A stretch of 64,000 bases of DNA from the human T2T-CHM13v2.0 reference genome, Homo sapiens: the NCBI RefSeq assembly GCF_009914755.1, contig NC_060935.1. One strand, 5' to 3'. Each line of letters starts with the position of its first letter. The first letter of the stretch is position 1. The notes beneath the pieces were generated by a model. The model worked only from the letters and a program-made list of their open reading frames with translations, was not told where the DNA came from and did not search any database. This document shows positions 26,600 to 41,027 of the stretch, in pieces. Position numbers and translations under genes: made by a program.

Positions 26600-28660
26600 C
26601 AGAATCAGAATCACGTCACCTTCCACTCAGAGCTCCCGCTCCCTGACACATGACCTTTGCCTTCTGGCTGCCCACTTCATCACGCCCACATCCTGCTCTC
26701 CCTCACAGTCCCTCCATGACCTTGTGTCTGTCTGGCCCTCCATCTTCCCCAGCCTAGAAGTCCTTCTCAGAACGAGCTCAGCCCATCAGGATTTCAGTGC
26801 TTTCCTCTCTGGGCTCCTAGAATCGTGATGTGCAGGTTTCTCCATGCACACCTGTACCCAAGCCCGATTGTCCCTGCCACCCCTGCTCCCAGCTGCCTGT
26901 CTGCATCCAGCCTCCCCTCTGCAGCCGGGCCTTGGTAATCCCTGAGCCCAGCTCTCCTCTGTCCCTGTCGCATCCCCTGAGCGGCTCTGCTGAAAATCTT
27001 CCCACACACCAAGACTCAAGCCTATCTGCCCCACTTTCAGCACAACTCTGGGGCCAGCACGAGCTCCCTTCTCTCTGTGAACCCACCCATACCCTCTACC
27101 TCACCTCCAGGCTCAGGCCTCAACCTCACCCCGCCCCACCCTGCCTCCACCCTGCACTTCCTGGGCCCTTGCTCCACCAGCTAGCATGGTTCTTTCCTCC
27201 TCTTTTCTCCCCTTTTCCAGGGATTTTCCCTTCCTGCCTGTAAATACACCCTGGACTGTCCCATCCTAAAACACCATCGCCTTCACCTTTCCTACACCCT
27301 GCTGCCCTTCAAGCTGCCCTCCAACGTAGGGAGTCACAGAATCACAGAATTGGGTGGGCCCCTGGGACCCCCAGCCCTGCTGTTTGCGGTGGGGAAGGAG
27401 CTTGGAGGAGAGGCGATCTGCCCTCTCTGTGCCTGCCGCCTTGCCTCCCTTAGCTCCTAACCTGTCAAAATGCTGAACAGCCCTCACTCCTGTGGCACTC
27501 GCTCAGTCCTCATCCTACGGAGTCCTGCTGCCCCCACCACGCCTGCCTTCAAAAGGTCGGCAGTGACACATGATCAACACGCTGGTTCCCAGCCCTGCTA
27601 GGTCTGTGAGAATGGTGGGAGTGGCTACATCCTCTATCTTCCAATTTCCTCCTCCTTGACGCTAAGATCATGTTCCCCTGATTTTCAGCCTTCCTGGCTG
27701 CTTCTGTGTTGTCTTCTGTGATTGCCCTTCATTTCCCCACTCTCTAAGACCAGGTTCTCCCCAGGGCCTCTTCTTCTTCCTCTTCTGCCCTTTCTCAACT
27801 CTTCCCCTTGACGGTCTCACATATTCCCCAGCTTCAGCCTTGATCTCTGTACATGTGCAATCTCTGGCCCCTGTCTTACCCTTGCTCCACATTTTAAACA
27901 CCCAGTGGGTCACTTCTGCCTGCGTAGCCTGCCAGCACCTCAGATTCAACCTGTTCCAAATCCTCCTCCCCTCCAGGCATTCGAGCCCATCATGACACCA
28001 CCCTCTGTTAGTCATCCACCGGGCTCCAAGGCTCTGAGGACCCACACCCAACCAACCAGTTATCAGACCTGTTCCTTTCTGTGCCTCTTACATCCTTCTG
28101 GCTTTCTCCAATCCAACCTGCAGCCCAGGATTCAGGGTCTCATCTCAGGAGAGGGTCTGTCCTCACCCCTGGATGCTTCCTCTCCTACTACTTAGTATTC
28201 CTTACTCGCAGCCTTGCGTCTTTAAAACGCTTGATGCTTCCCCCCTATACCTTGTGTAATGTGCAGCCACCACTTCCTGGCATCTGAGTCCCATCCATCT
28301 ACATTTCTCCTCCCATCTCGCCCCTGCTCACAACCTGTGCTCCGGCTACCCTGGAAGGTCCATCGTCCACTGAGCAGCCACTCAGGATCATGCCCTTGAT
28401 TGTGCCTTCCCCTGGCCCATGCCTTTCATTCACAGCCCTTCCATCTCTCAGTGTTCTGCCTCCTCCAGAGCCCAGCTTGGATCCCACCTTCAGCTTGGAG
28501 CCTTCTCTGGACATCTCACTGGAGAGACCTGCCCTCTTCCCAATGCCCTCCTTGGACTGCAGTTGCACATGTACCTGTTCTTACCTAGCCTGCTTATTGC
28601 AGACATCCTTATATCTCTGATAATGCCCAGCCATTGGTCTGCCTGGAATAAAGCAGGGGT
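26600..28660 (-). mobile_element. Highly diverged L2 LINE body
   Basis: Long C/T-rich region with L2-like motifs (cagcacctcagattcaacctgttccaaa; ends in gcctggaataaagcaggg). Confidence 0.5.
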
Positions 28661-28972
28661 AGAAAAAAAAGAGAGAGATAGATAGTGGGGTCAGATGATG
28701 ACCTTAAACAAGTTGAAGCAGCTTGAGCCTGACCCTCCATGCAGTGGGAACCACTGTGTGTTCCTGACAACAGAAGCACCTTGAAGGACAGCTTTAAGGA
28801 GCACATCAGGGAGAGGAGCTGGTCATCACCCCAAAGTAGCCCATTACCCACGTCAGTTTCCTCCTTCTGCCCCATGTCCTCCCCGACCCTCTGTGCCCCT
28901 GGCCCTCCCCATCACACGCGGGTGAGACACCAGGGCTAAGATGAGAATGACAGCTGCCCAGTTTTGCTGCAG

Positions 28973-29176
28973 GAAAACCCATATTTAATGCTGAAGGGGA
29001 ACCACCAGGAGATGGAAGGCAATGACCGCTACGAGGGCTTCTGTGTGGACATGCTCAAGGAGCTGGCAGAGATCCTCCGATTCAACTACAAGATCCGCCT
29101 GGTTGGGGATGGCGTGTACGGCGTTCCCGAGGCCAACGGCACCTGGACGGGAATGGTCGGGGAGCTGATCGCTAGG
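28973..29176 (+). CDS. GRIK4: GRIK4 coding exon (recalled as exon 13), 204 nt, phase 0/0: [68 protein letters not shown]; S1 ligand-binding segment
   Basis: ORF 28964..29206 carries the iGluR S1 signatures YEGFCVDML and WTGMVGELI. Acceptor ttttgctgcag|GAA, donor AGG|gtaagg. Confidence 0.97.
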
Positions 29177-32106
29177 GTAAGGAGAGGACAAGTGATCTGG
29201 GCCTGAGGGTGGGCTGGGAGGGATTGGAAGAGCATGAGGTTGTGCTGCACGCTCATGAACCCTCCATTTGTTCAGTCAATCATTCATGCATTTGTCATTT
29301 ATTTGTCCACTCATTCTATAAATCTTGCCTGGACTGGCACAGACGTGCGGTGGTGGATAAGCCTGCAATGATCCCTATCCCGTGGCTTTCCCAGTCCAGA
29401 GCCTGTGACAAGTCATGGAGGCTCTGATTGATTAACACAGATGAGGGAGTTTGGGTTCCATTTTTGGTGCTTTTTGATTGTTCTGATTATTTTGTGGCTC
29501 ATTAGCACTCCCTAGCAGAGCTTGAACAGGTCCTGGGAGAAGAGAATGCACCCACATCAGCTGGCTTGGATCCTTGAGAGACACTGCCAAGGGAGACGTG
29601 GCTAAATAACAGGGCAAAGGGATTGACTGGCAGAGGAGTTGGTCACAGCTACAGTTATTTTCGTACATCTTGTGTTATCTTTGGTTAGCGTTAATGTCCT
29701 TTTACAGACCGAGGGCCAAGGTGTGCTTGGACCTGCTGTAGATTTTCAGGGTGAATGTGGAGACGTGATTAACATTCAGGTGAGCATTGGAGAATGTCAG
29801 ACATCTGTTAGGTTAGAGCAAGGGTATAGAAAGTTCTTCCAGGGGGAAATCTCTTGTTTTCTTTGTACACACTATTAACAACTGTAAAAATTAATTAAGT
29901 CATTGGGAATTCACCATCCATATTTCCATAACTGAGTTTTAATGATCAGGATAGGTGATGAGGACACAATGCAGAGAGCACAGACCTGGGTTCTTGATGT
30001 GCCCTTGATCCAACTCTTTTCCCCTCTGGGCTTTCAATGGTAGAAGGAGCTCCTGCAGCCTCCCAGCATGTGCTGATGTGCAAGGTGTTTTACATGCATT
30101 ATCTCTAATCCTCTTTAAACACACCTTTTAGCTGGTTGTTAGTCCCACTTTACAAATGAGCAATCGAGCCCAGAAAGCTTGAGTGACTTGTCGGGAGCTA
30201 TACTGTTAGCATGAGGCAGGGCTCAGATTGGAACCCAGATCTTTTTCTTTATTGAATTAATATGCTTTAAACCCTTTATATCAAACAAACTTGGAAATCA
30301 AATAAATTTTTAAAATCCTACTCTTCAATGATAAAAATACTATTTGAGGTATTAAATAAGCAGTCCTTGACAAGGGATTGGGAAAAGTCCTATGTAGATG
30401 AGAACTGTGGAAAAGGTGTTTAAGAACTGAGGAGGGAGGATACTTCAGGAGTTTGCCTGACGGAACATGGACGGCATCTGCAATGACCGAGCAGGGTAAA
30501 ATGGCCAGCCTTGTTCTGGGAATTCTGAACGACCCAGGGTGACTGGAGTCCAGAGAGGGCTGGTTCAGAAGGGAGGCCTTGCCTTCAGAGGGGCGCTTGC
30601 AAACAGACGGCTGACAAGTCAACAGAAGGCTGCAGAAGGCCTAGGGAGCCCTGGACGACTGCCATGGGGGTGGGGATGGCAGGGCGAAGGCTTCAGCAGA
30701 AAGCCCTCTGCAGTCCTTGAGCCTCAGTTTTCGAGATTCAAGCCTGATGATGTACGTGCTTAAGTGGAAGAGGATTTGTGGCTTTCTCTACTTAGTCTTT
30801 CAGACCCACTCCTGAAACATTCTTCTTATTTGGTTTCCACTGTGAAGGTGCAGCTCAGTAGTTAGACCATAGAAAGCCGAAATGCCAGGCCTTTTCTTTA
30901 CCTTCTTACTGATGTCCTTGTTCACCTTGAGCTGATTTCTTTGGTCTCCTTGGGCTGCCTGATGACTGGTAGGGTGACTTCAGAGACGGCGGTGTCAGTG
31001 CACAGCCATCTCCTTATTAGCCCCCTAATGAGCTGTGACATAGACTGGAGGACAAGGAGAGGAGTCTGGGACTCATAGACATGCAGCCACACACCGAGTG
31101 ACTTGAACAGTCAGAATCTTAGAATTCACCCCAGATCTTTCAAGCAAAAATACTGCTGCTTTGGCCTCATTGAGACTTGGCTACTTGACATGAACTAATT
31201 AATTAACCCATTAATTCAATAAATATTTATTGAACATCTTCCACTGTTGTAGACACTGGAGATACAATGGGGGACAAAATAAACACGGACACAGCCCTCA
31301 CAGATCTTCTGGACTAGTGAGTGAGACGGAGATCAATGAATGATCGCATTCTTGTGTAATTTCAAGCTGTGATAAGTGCAGGGGAGGCAGAGTGGAAGGC
31401 GTTGTAGGAGAACATCTAGAGGAGAGTAGGATGCACGGTGGGCGCACAATGGGGCTGTAGGGGGAAGGCTTCCCTTGGGATGTGTGCGCTGGCTTAGGGA
31501 GGATGGGTGGGAGTTTCCTGGGCAAGCAAAAGGTAGAAGGCTGAAGGCCGTTGGTGTGCCACTGGGGTTGGTCCTGGATGGGAGTTGATGACACTGGGAC
31601 CCCACCATCCCCAGGTTTGAAGGATTGGGATGTTTTCCAGGATGTTCCCCTAGGATTGTGGTAGCCCTCAGGCCTGGATCCCTTCTTTGTGACCCCTTTC
31701 CCAAGCTGCACAGGAAAATTCCAGAGGCTGTAACAGCAAGCAGAGGCCCATGTGAGGCCCTTGGGGCTATTGAATGTGCTGGCTGAAAGAGACCTTAGAA
31801 GCCATTGCATCTAAATCTGTCCCTTATACAGATGAGGAAATGGTGGCCCAGGGAGGTTAGGTAACCTGATAAAGATCACACAGCTAGTAAGTTCAGAGCC
31901 AGCATTTAAGCCCTGGTCTGTCTGATCTCAGTACTCGTGATCTGAGAAAACACACATCTTGATGTTAGACAGACCTAAGCTAAAATTTCAGTTCATTCAT
32001 TTACTAGCTGTGTGTGCTTAAACACATTATTTTATCCTTTCCACCCCTTCCCCCACAGCTCTAGTGTTCATCTGCAAAGGATTTTTTTGGTAAAGATTTA
32101 AAATAA

Positions 32107-32152
32107 CACACACACACATACACACACACACACACACAAACACAGAGAGAGA
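32107..32152. repeat. (CA)n-(GA)n microsatellite
   Basis: acacacacacacatacacacacacacacacacaaacacagagagaga. Confidence 0.9.
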
Positions 32153-32185
32153 TTGAGAATTTGGCATACAGGAAGTATGAGAGCT

Positions 32186-32760
32186 GTCTTAGGCCAGGCT
32201 CCCTAGAAAACAGAGCCGAAGGTCAAATCTTGCATGCTAAATCAGGGAGTGCAAGTCCACAGACACAGAGGTGAGGGAAAGGGGAAGGTGGCAGGCAGGC
32301 GGGGAGAGTATGCAGAAGGGGTGTGTTAGCTGCTAGTCATAGCTTTGTATTAAGCACAGATGACTGTTCAGCCTGCAGAGGCCCTATGAAATGATTGCCT
32401 CACTAAACAGTCCACCGCAAGGAGGGGGAAACTTGTATCTGTGAGTCCCATCTCTCACTGACTGAAGTTCATACCACAGGAAGTCACCTCCCCAATACTT
32501 CTAGGCTGTGCGCCCAGACCCTTTGGCCACCTTCAAAGAAGTTGGTTCCCAAGACACTGGTAACAGCACTCGAGGTGCAAAGCATAAAATGTGGGCTGAT
32601 CTAGCAAGTGGGTGAGAGCTGTGACCCTCTCCTTGCCCGCAGCCTTGCCTGCAGCTGGATGCACCAGTGTTCTTGCATCACAGCAGCCCAAAGACGCCTC
32701 AGGGCTGGAGGCTCGAGGACAGGGTGCAAGGAGTGAGGTGAGGCAATACAAAGGTCAGCC
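32186..32760. mobile_element. MLT1-family MaLR LTR
   Basis: Begins tgtcttaggccaggctccctagaaaacagagccgaagg, a typical MLT1 terminus; far boundary uncertain. Confidence 0.55.
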
Positions 32761-33556
32761 AGAGCAGACACCATGGGCCGGGCCAGGCCAGCAGGCAGAG
32801 CACCACCAAGGCAGTGGCAGAACCTGCTGAGCCTCTCTCCAGTGAAGACTGGAACTTCCCTTTGTGGGTCAGTAGAATGCAGTTGGTGCTGGGTCATCTT
32901 CCTGGAGGGTTATTGGTAACAATGTGGGGAAATCCTCATGGGCATGCCCAAGCAAACATAAGGATGAGCTTTGGCCCCAGGAGTGATTATCTTAGGGACA
33001 CCAGGCTGTCTCTCAATGCCCCTTTTCTTGTTCAAGAAGTATATGTTTGCTAGTACAAAGAATAAAATTAGGCCAATTGTCAACAGCTGAGAGTGAAAAC
33101 CATTGTAACACATTGGGTAAGCCTAGGATTTCTTCTTGGGGGTCCAGGGATCCTGCCCAGACATTGGCCATCTTGCAGGCATGGCAGCTCTCCAGGGGCT
33201 CTCACTTATGCAGCACATGTGGAACTTGGGGAAGAAAGAGAATGTGTACAAGGATGAGGTGCCAGGGTATGTATGGACAGGGCTGCCCAACAGTTTCCCC
33301 TGGACAACAAGCAAGGTACATGTAATTGAAACTGCAGCAGAAGCAATGAAGGTTGATATAAAGGAGAACCTCCCCAAAAAGGGGCTTGGGGTTGACCAAG
33401 GAATCTCTTTCTTTGGAGAGTTTGGGGAATATGGTGACTGCCTGTATGTCTGAGTGATATGAATTAAAGTGTAGAGGCCCAGGGTTATCTCCAGTGGAAA
33501 TTGTAGAGCCTCAGTCTTTTCACATTTGTTATCACCTGCTTACCCAAAACAGTGGG

Positions 33557-33929
33557 TGCTGTGGTTTGAATGTGTCCCTCCAAAGTTCACATGTTGGAAG
33601 CTTAATCTGCAATGCAACAGTGTTGGGAGGTGGGGCCCAGTAAGAGATGAATGGGTCATGAGCACTCTGCCCTTAGGAATGGATTCATGTCATCATCGAG
33701 GAAGGTTAGTTACTGGAAGAGCAGGTTGTTATAAAGTGAGTCAGGCCTCTGGTGCCTCTCTCTATCTTGTGCACTCACTTCTGCCATGGCTGACCCTTAC
33801 CGGGTGACAATGCCATGCTCTTGAACTTTCTTCCCAGCCTTCAGAACTGTGAGCCAAATAAATTTGTATTGTTTATAAATTGCTTAGTCTGTAGTATCCT
33901 GTTACAACAGCGGAAAGCATACAGAGACC
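33557..33929 (+). mobile_element. MST-family MaLR solo LTR
   Basis: tgctgtggtttgaatgtgtccctccaaagttcacatgttgg...cagaactgtgagccaaataaattt; 5-bp TSD gtggg/atggg. Confidence 0.85.
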
Positions 33930-34774
33930 ATGGGCTTAGACACACGGCCGTGTATTCATTGTGGAGGAGAATTCAAGCATATTTTCTGCATATGTGTGAA
34001 AATCATCAGAGCATGTCTTTTCCTGTAATCCCATTAAAAGGGGAAGTGTGGTTGGAGTGAAGGCAAGTGGATTCACACAAACTGGGCCAGTTGGGTGGCC
34101 TCTCACCCTGGGGCTGTGTCTGGGCAGTGGAGATGAGAAGGATGGTTGTTCGAGAGGCTCTCAGGTTTGAATTTGTTTTGCCTGGTCAGCTCCTTTGCAG
34201 CTAAGCCCGCAGAAGGACTGAGTGGCAGTGATGTTGTATCTCACTGGAGGTGTGCTTGGCAGAGAGGAGACAGACTGGAGTAGCTTGAAGAAGCAGATGC
34301 CCCAGGACTAATCCCAGGGGCCCTCTGTCTCATGCCAGTACATTTACATGGATGTATAAACAGTTTTGGTGAAACTGTTCAAGGCATTCAGGTACAAAGA
34401 TGTCTCTAGACTCAAGGAGGCCACTCTTTGATAGGGGCCCCATTCGGGTGAGAGCAGGGTGAGAAGGACTATGATGGGGAAGTGCAGACAGAATACTGGA
34501 GAAGGGCTCTGAACTCTGCCTGTGACACATGGGGAAGGACCCTGTGGGAGGTGATGCTAGGCCTGAATCTTTAAGGATGAAGAGACATTGGCCATCAAAG
34601 AAGAGACACGGAGAGAGAAGAACATGCCAGTGAGGAGAGAGTACGAGAGCCAAGTCATGGGGCCATGAAGGTGCAGGGGTAGATTCCATTTCAGCAACCA
34701 CACATAGGTGGGTCTCCCTGGAACAGAACATGGTGGTGAGGGAGTGTGGCCCCGTGGGCAGCTGTCATTGATGA

Positions 34775-35564
<790 letters not shown>

Positions 35565-38500
35565 TTATACGGAGGTAGACATGCTTTTTGAAAAATAGAT
35601 AAGGTTTTAAAAAACTAAAAATTATTTGTAATTCCACCACCTGGTAATACCCATGGCTAACACTTCTGTATCATGCCTTCTAATTTTTAAATGCGTATAT
35701 GTTTTACACAAGTTCTTTTTGTAAAAATGGGATTATACTATATGCAGTGTTGTGTAACCCATTAAAAACTATTTAATAGAGAAATCATCAGGACCAGGGG
35801 ACCCAGTGGATGTGGAATGTGAGAGAGAGGGAGAATGTAGGATGACTCACCAGTTTCTGACTTGGACATACGGGTGGTTGGTGGTGCCCAGCAATGAGGT
35901 AGAAAAACAGGTCTGGGAGGAGAGAGAGGATGCATTTAGCTTTGGAAATGGTAAGTTTGAGGTGCCTTTTGGATATCTACTTAGAGACGTTCAGCAGAGA
36001 GTTGGCTAGAGTGGGCTTCAGCAGGCTGAAGGCGTAGACTGTAGGGTGAATGGATGGGTGGGTGCAACTGAAGATATGAGTAGGGAAGGAATCTTTCAGG
36101 GAAAAGAGCACATGTTCAAGAGGGAGGAAGACGGGAGCCCGTGAAGGCTGCTGAAAGAGAATGGGTAAAGAGGTTTTCTGCCGCTTGAAAGGAAGTACAG
36201 AAGAACATTTCCCAGGCTGAGCAATACGGGGGTCACCGGCAAATGCAGTTTCAGGGGGTGGCTGGATTGAGGTCCAATGGCAGTGATTGAATTGTGAACA
36301 AGAAGAGTGAGCAGAGGAGATGGAGACAGCAGCCAGGGAATACTCATTAAAGTCATGTAGCTTGTAAGGGAAAGCAAGGTAAAGGGTTGTAGCTAGAGGG
36401 AGCTGTGGAGATTGACTGTAAGTCAAGATGAAATCGCTTATGTAAGCAGCTGCTCAGAATTGAGAATGCTTTTCTTATGGATTGGGGAAATGCAGGGACG
36501 TTCATGTGGCTGGAGCAATATTGGAATTGGCAGTGTCAGTAAAAGGTAGGCGGGATGGAGGCTGGAGATGATGGAGCATTCAGAAAAGGGTTTTGGAGTT
36601 TTTGTCGAGATGCTAGTACTTCTTCCCACAGCTGGTATCTGGGAACCAGCACAGTCAGGCAAGTATCTGTCTGGGCATTGTCTTAACCTCTTGACATTTG
36701 GGCAGTGACTGAATGTCTATAAACTGCTTTCACAAGCATTAGCTCTTTCATCCTTTACAGCAGCACTGTGAAGTAGGTATTATTATCCCCATTTTAGAGC
36801 TAAGCAAACTGAGGTTTCAAAGAACAAAATGAACCACTGCCAGTTAGTGGCAGAGGTCTGGTGAAACTTAGGCACCTGAGACCAAGTCCATGGCAGCACA
36901 CGGTCTTTCCCTGCAGAAATTACAGCCTCATCTCCCTGCAGCCACAATTGGCATTCACTTCTGAGATGTCCTTCCAGACAGAGGATGTGGAGGGTGCCCA
37001 GAATTTGATACCCAAGTTCAACTCTGGCCCATAAAGAGATTGCACTCCATCTGTAAAGTGACAGAACCAGACAGATGACTTCCAAGGCCCCTTCTGCTTG
37101 GTAGGGAGGCATTCTTGGTCAAGTACTGAGCTGTAGTACCCTGGAAGGTACAACAGCTGCATTTTCCATCCTCAGGGCCCTGCTTGGGAGAGAGTAAAGC
37201 ACATTTGGGAAGAGACAGAGTCCCCCTCTAGGTTCACAGTTCAGAACAAAGTACCCCGTTGGCATTCAACTCCATGTTGGCGGAATGGCACATTTAAGTT
37301 CAAAGAGAAAAGGGCTTTGGAAGGCTTAGATTCAAGGCTCATAAGCCTTGGACATCAAATAGCTCTTACCAATGACATTTTGATGAATTAAGTGTAAATG
37401 AAGCTGAAACGCCTCATTCCATTTTTTCTCCTGGGTGCCCAGGAGAAAGGATTGTGGAGGGAGCTTCCCAGAGGCCTGGTGGGTCAGGCTGTTCGTGGCC
37501 TCAATTCACTGGGAAGGTTGTCCGGAGACATTTTGCTGAACTAAAAAAAAAAAAAAAAAAATACAAGTGGTCCCCTGAGATTACTTTTCACCTTGAAGCC
37601 AGAGACTATTTTAACTACAAATAGGTCACAGAATTCTATTCAGCATTCTTTAAAATAAAGATACTGATCCAGGGGCCAAAGTGGAGTGTTCCACTCCTTC
37701 CCCGTGTGACAGCCGAGCTCAGCGAGGGCTTTGCTTTACCTTCCCCATTAAGGCTTAGTTTCTGCATTTATGCAAATCTGAAAGAGATGAGCTTCTGTTA
37801 TAATTCAACCATTCATTCATTCATCAAAGTGCCTGCTGTCTGACAAGCACCGCTTGGATATGAGGAATTGCCTGTAAAGGAGTTCAGGATCTACTCAAAG
37901 AGACGGACAGGTAAACCAAGAATTACTGTACAGTGTGACACATGCTATATTAATAATAGTTATAATGATGGTAATAACAGCAGCTGACAGGTATGAAGTG
38001 CTTCCTATGGGCCAGGCACTGTTCTGAGCACTTGACTGTATTAACTCAAGCCTCACAATAACTGAATGTGGCAGGTGAGGTGGCAAAACAGTTAAGGAAC
38101 CTGCTCAAAGTCCCATGAGTAGTGAGTGGCAGGGGTGGCTTTGACAGAAGTTGAGCGAGGTGTGGTACAGGAGTAGGGAAGAGCTCACCAAGGAAATGAC
38201 GAGTGAGCAGAGCACTGAGGATCAAGAAGGATCGCCTTGGCAGAAAAGGATATTATATTCTAGGTGAGGTGGACGGTGAGAAATGTACACTGCAGTGCCG
38301 TTGGTTCTGGACAACTGGAGCCAAGCATGAGAGGGGGTGGAGGAGAACAGGGCTGTAGGCAGGGGCCAGTCGTGATAGGGTTTATGTGTTTGGATCTTTA
38401 TAAACTATGTCCAGAGCGCTAGTGGGAGCTGTCTAAGAGCAGGTGGTTTGTTTGTTTTATTCAAAGAGGGGAGTGGCATAATTGCCTTTGGTTCCAGAAG

Positions 38501-40225
38501 GTTACTCTAGCAGATGAGAGGGGGACGGATTGGAGGTGGGAAGACCAGATGCAGGTTTACTCATTAGACAGCTGTCCAGTGATCAGGAGAATGGAATGGG
38601 GTCTGAATTAAGCAGTGACTGTGAGGATGCCCAAGAGAGGATTATGGCTGTGTGGGGACTTCAGCATTTGAGTCTGGGACCCAGTGAGTGCAGGGAGCTC
38701 CCCTTTCCTGTAGACCTTCAAGCATGGGTTAAGGTCGTCCTGCTTCTCAGGGGAGAAGGGATTGGCTGTTTGACCCTGGGAAGGTCCTTTCTACAATGGC
38801 TCCTTGAGAGATGCATGCCACATAGCGATCCCTGCGTGCAACCCACTGAGACCTGGGAAGGGAGGAAATCCATCTTCTCCAGCTCATTATTCACAGACAG
38901 GTGTACTTGAAAATAAAGGGGCCAGCGCGCTGGACTGCACCTTAGCCACAAACATGTTCATGCACTCTCTCCACAACACTCTGCTTCATTGTGAGTTCCC
39001 AAAAGGTTCTTTTCTGTCAGTAGGAGTCCTTTCACTCACCTGAGAAAAGGGCAATAATGGCAGTTTCGTGACTGCAGCCGCCCTTTTTTTCTTCTGAGAT
39101 GTCTGTATCGGCTGCCAGGCTGCGGCTGGGCTCTCCCATCTCATCTCCCTCTCTCCCTCTGATGGCCTCCCTCTCCTCCATTCAGGAGTGAGGTGCGCAC
39201 ACCCCAGAAGATTGCCGCTGGGCCTCTGGAGCCGCAGCTGCCAACCGTGCGAGCCCAGCCAATGCCCTACCTGCGCTCGGTGGAGGGCTCTGCTGTGGCT
39301 TTCTGATTTGCCCTGTCCTCTGGCTTCCCTTGGCTTATAGGGGGTCTGAATGGGGATCTCATGTGCTCCAGACCCTTGCTCACATGTCTTCCTAGTTCAA
39401 AGCCGAGCCACCAGGAGGGAAGGGAGTAGAAGCAGGGTGCTATAACTCCTGACAAGGCCAGACACCATGTAGAAGCTCTACACTCATGAGTTAATTTGAT
39501 CCTTACATGACCCATGAGACAGGAATTATTACTCTGTTCCACAGATGAGGGCACAGAGGCTTGGAGAGTTCCATAATTAATCCAAGCTCAGACACACAGC
39601 AAGTGGCCAGAGCCCAGACTCAGACCCCAATCTTGGGCTCTTCTCACTGCACCAAAGGGGCATGTGAGAACTGGTGTCTGGAACAAAGGATGACTTGGGT
39701 GGCATCGTCTTGTTCTCTGCATCAGCCTCCTAGAAGAATGAGGAGGAAGGAATAAGTTGGCCCAGGAGAATGGTAAACAAGGAGGTGGCTCTGAGTGGCC
39801 AGTTTGACAGGGACATTTGGCTGACACTTCTGTCCTCAACCCTCTTATCTGGAAACTGGACTTCTTATGATCACCTCGTTTTTCAGACTAAGAAAACAGA
39901 GCCCCAAGAAGCTAACGCCCAGGAGTGCTAGGAGTTGAAGTCAGGTCCTTTTCCTCTAGGAGCCTTTCAGCTAAAAAGGCAGACAGATGCGAGCAGAAGT
40001 TATTTTAATGAGGTCATACAGGATAAGTGCTGTATTAGACATAGCAAAGTACATCGTAAATGACTAGGAAGGTAGGGGCAGAAATGACTTCTGAATCGGG
40101 ACAACCAGGATGGATTCCTAGTGGAAGTAAGACTGGCAACTCTTTGAAGGAAAGTACAATGTCTTATGCATCTTGACATCCTTATGCACCTAACACAGTG
40201 CCTGAAACACGGTGAAGTGGTAACA

Positions 40226-40580
40226 TAGGTAATACTAGGAATCTCTAGTCTGAAAATCCAAAATCTGAAATGCTCCAATGTCTGAAACTTGTTGAGCTTC
40301 GATGTGATACCGCAAGTGGAAAATTCCACACCTATCCTCATGAAGGGTCGTAGTCAAAAACAGTCAAAACTTTGTTTCATGAACAAAATTATTTAAAATA
40401 TTGTATGAAATTACCTTCAGGCTACGTGTCTAAGGTGTCTATGAAACAGAAATGAACTTCGTGTTTAGACTTGAGTCTCATTCCCAAGATACCTCATTAT
40501 GTTTATGAAAATATTCCAAAATCTGAAAAAGTCGGAAATTCGAAACACTTCTGGTCTCAAGCATTTCAGATAAGGGGCGC
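40226..40580. mobile_element. Tigger4/MER46 (Zombi) DNA transposon
   Basis: ctgaaaatccaaaatctgaaatgctccaa...gtggaaaattccacacct...acacttctggtctcaagcatttcagataagggg. Confidence 0.8.
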
Positions 40581-40651
40581 TTGCATTCCCCTAGGGAGTG
40601 CTTCCTTCAGCAGGTTTGCATCAACCCAAGGCTTAGAAAGCCAGGCTTTCC

Positions 40652-41027
<376 letters not shown>

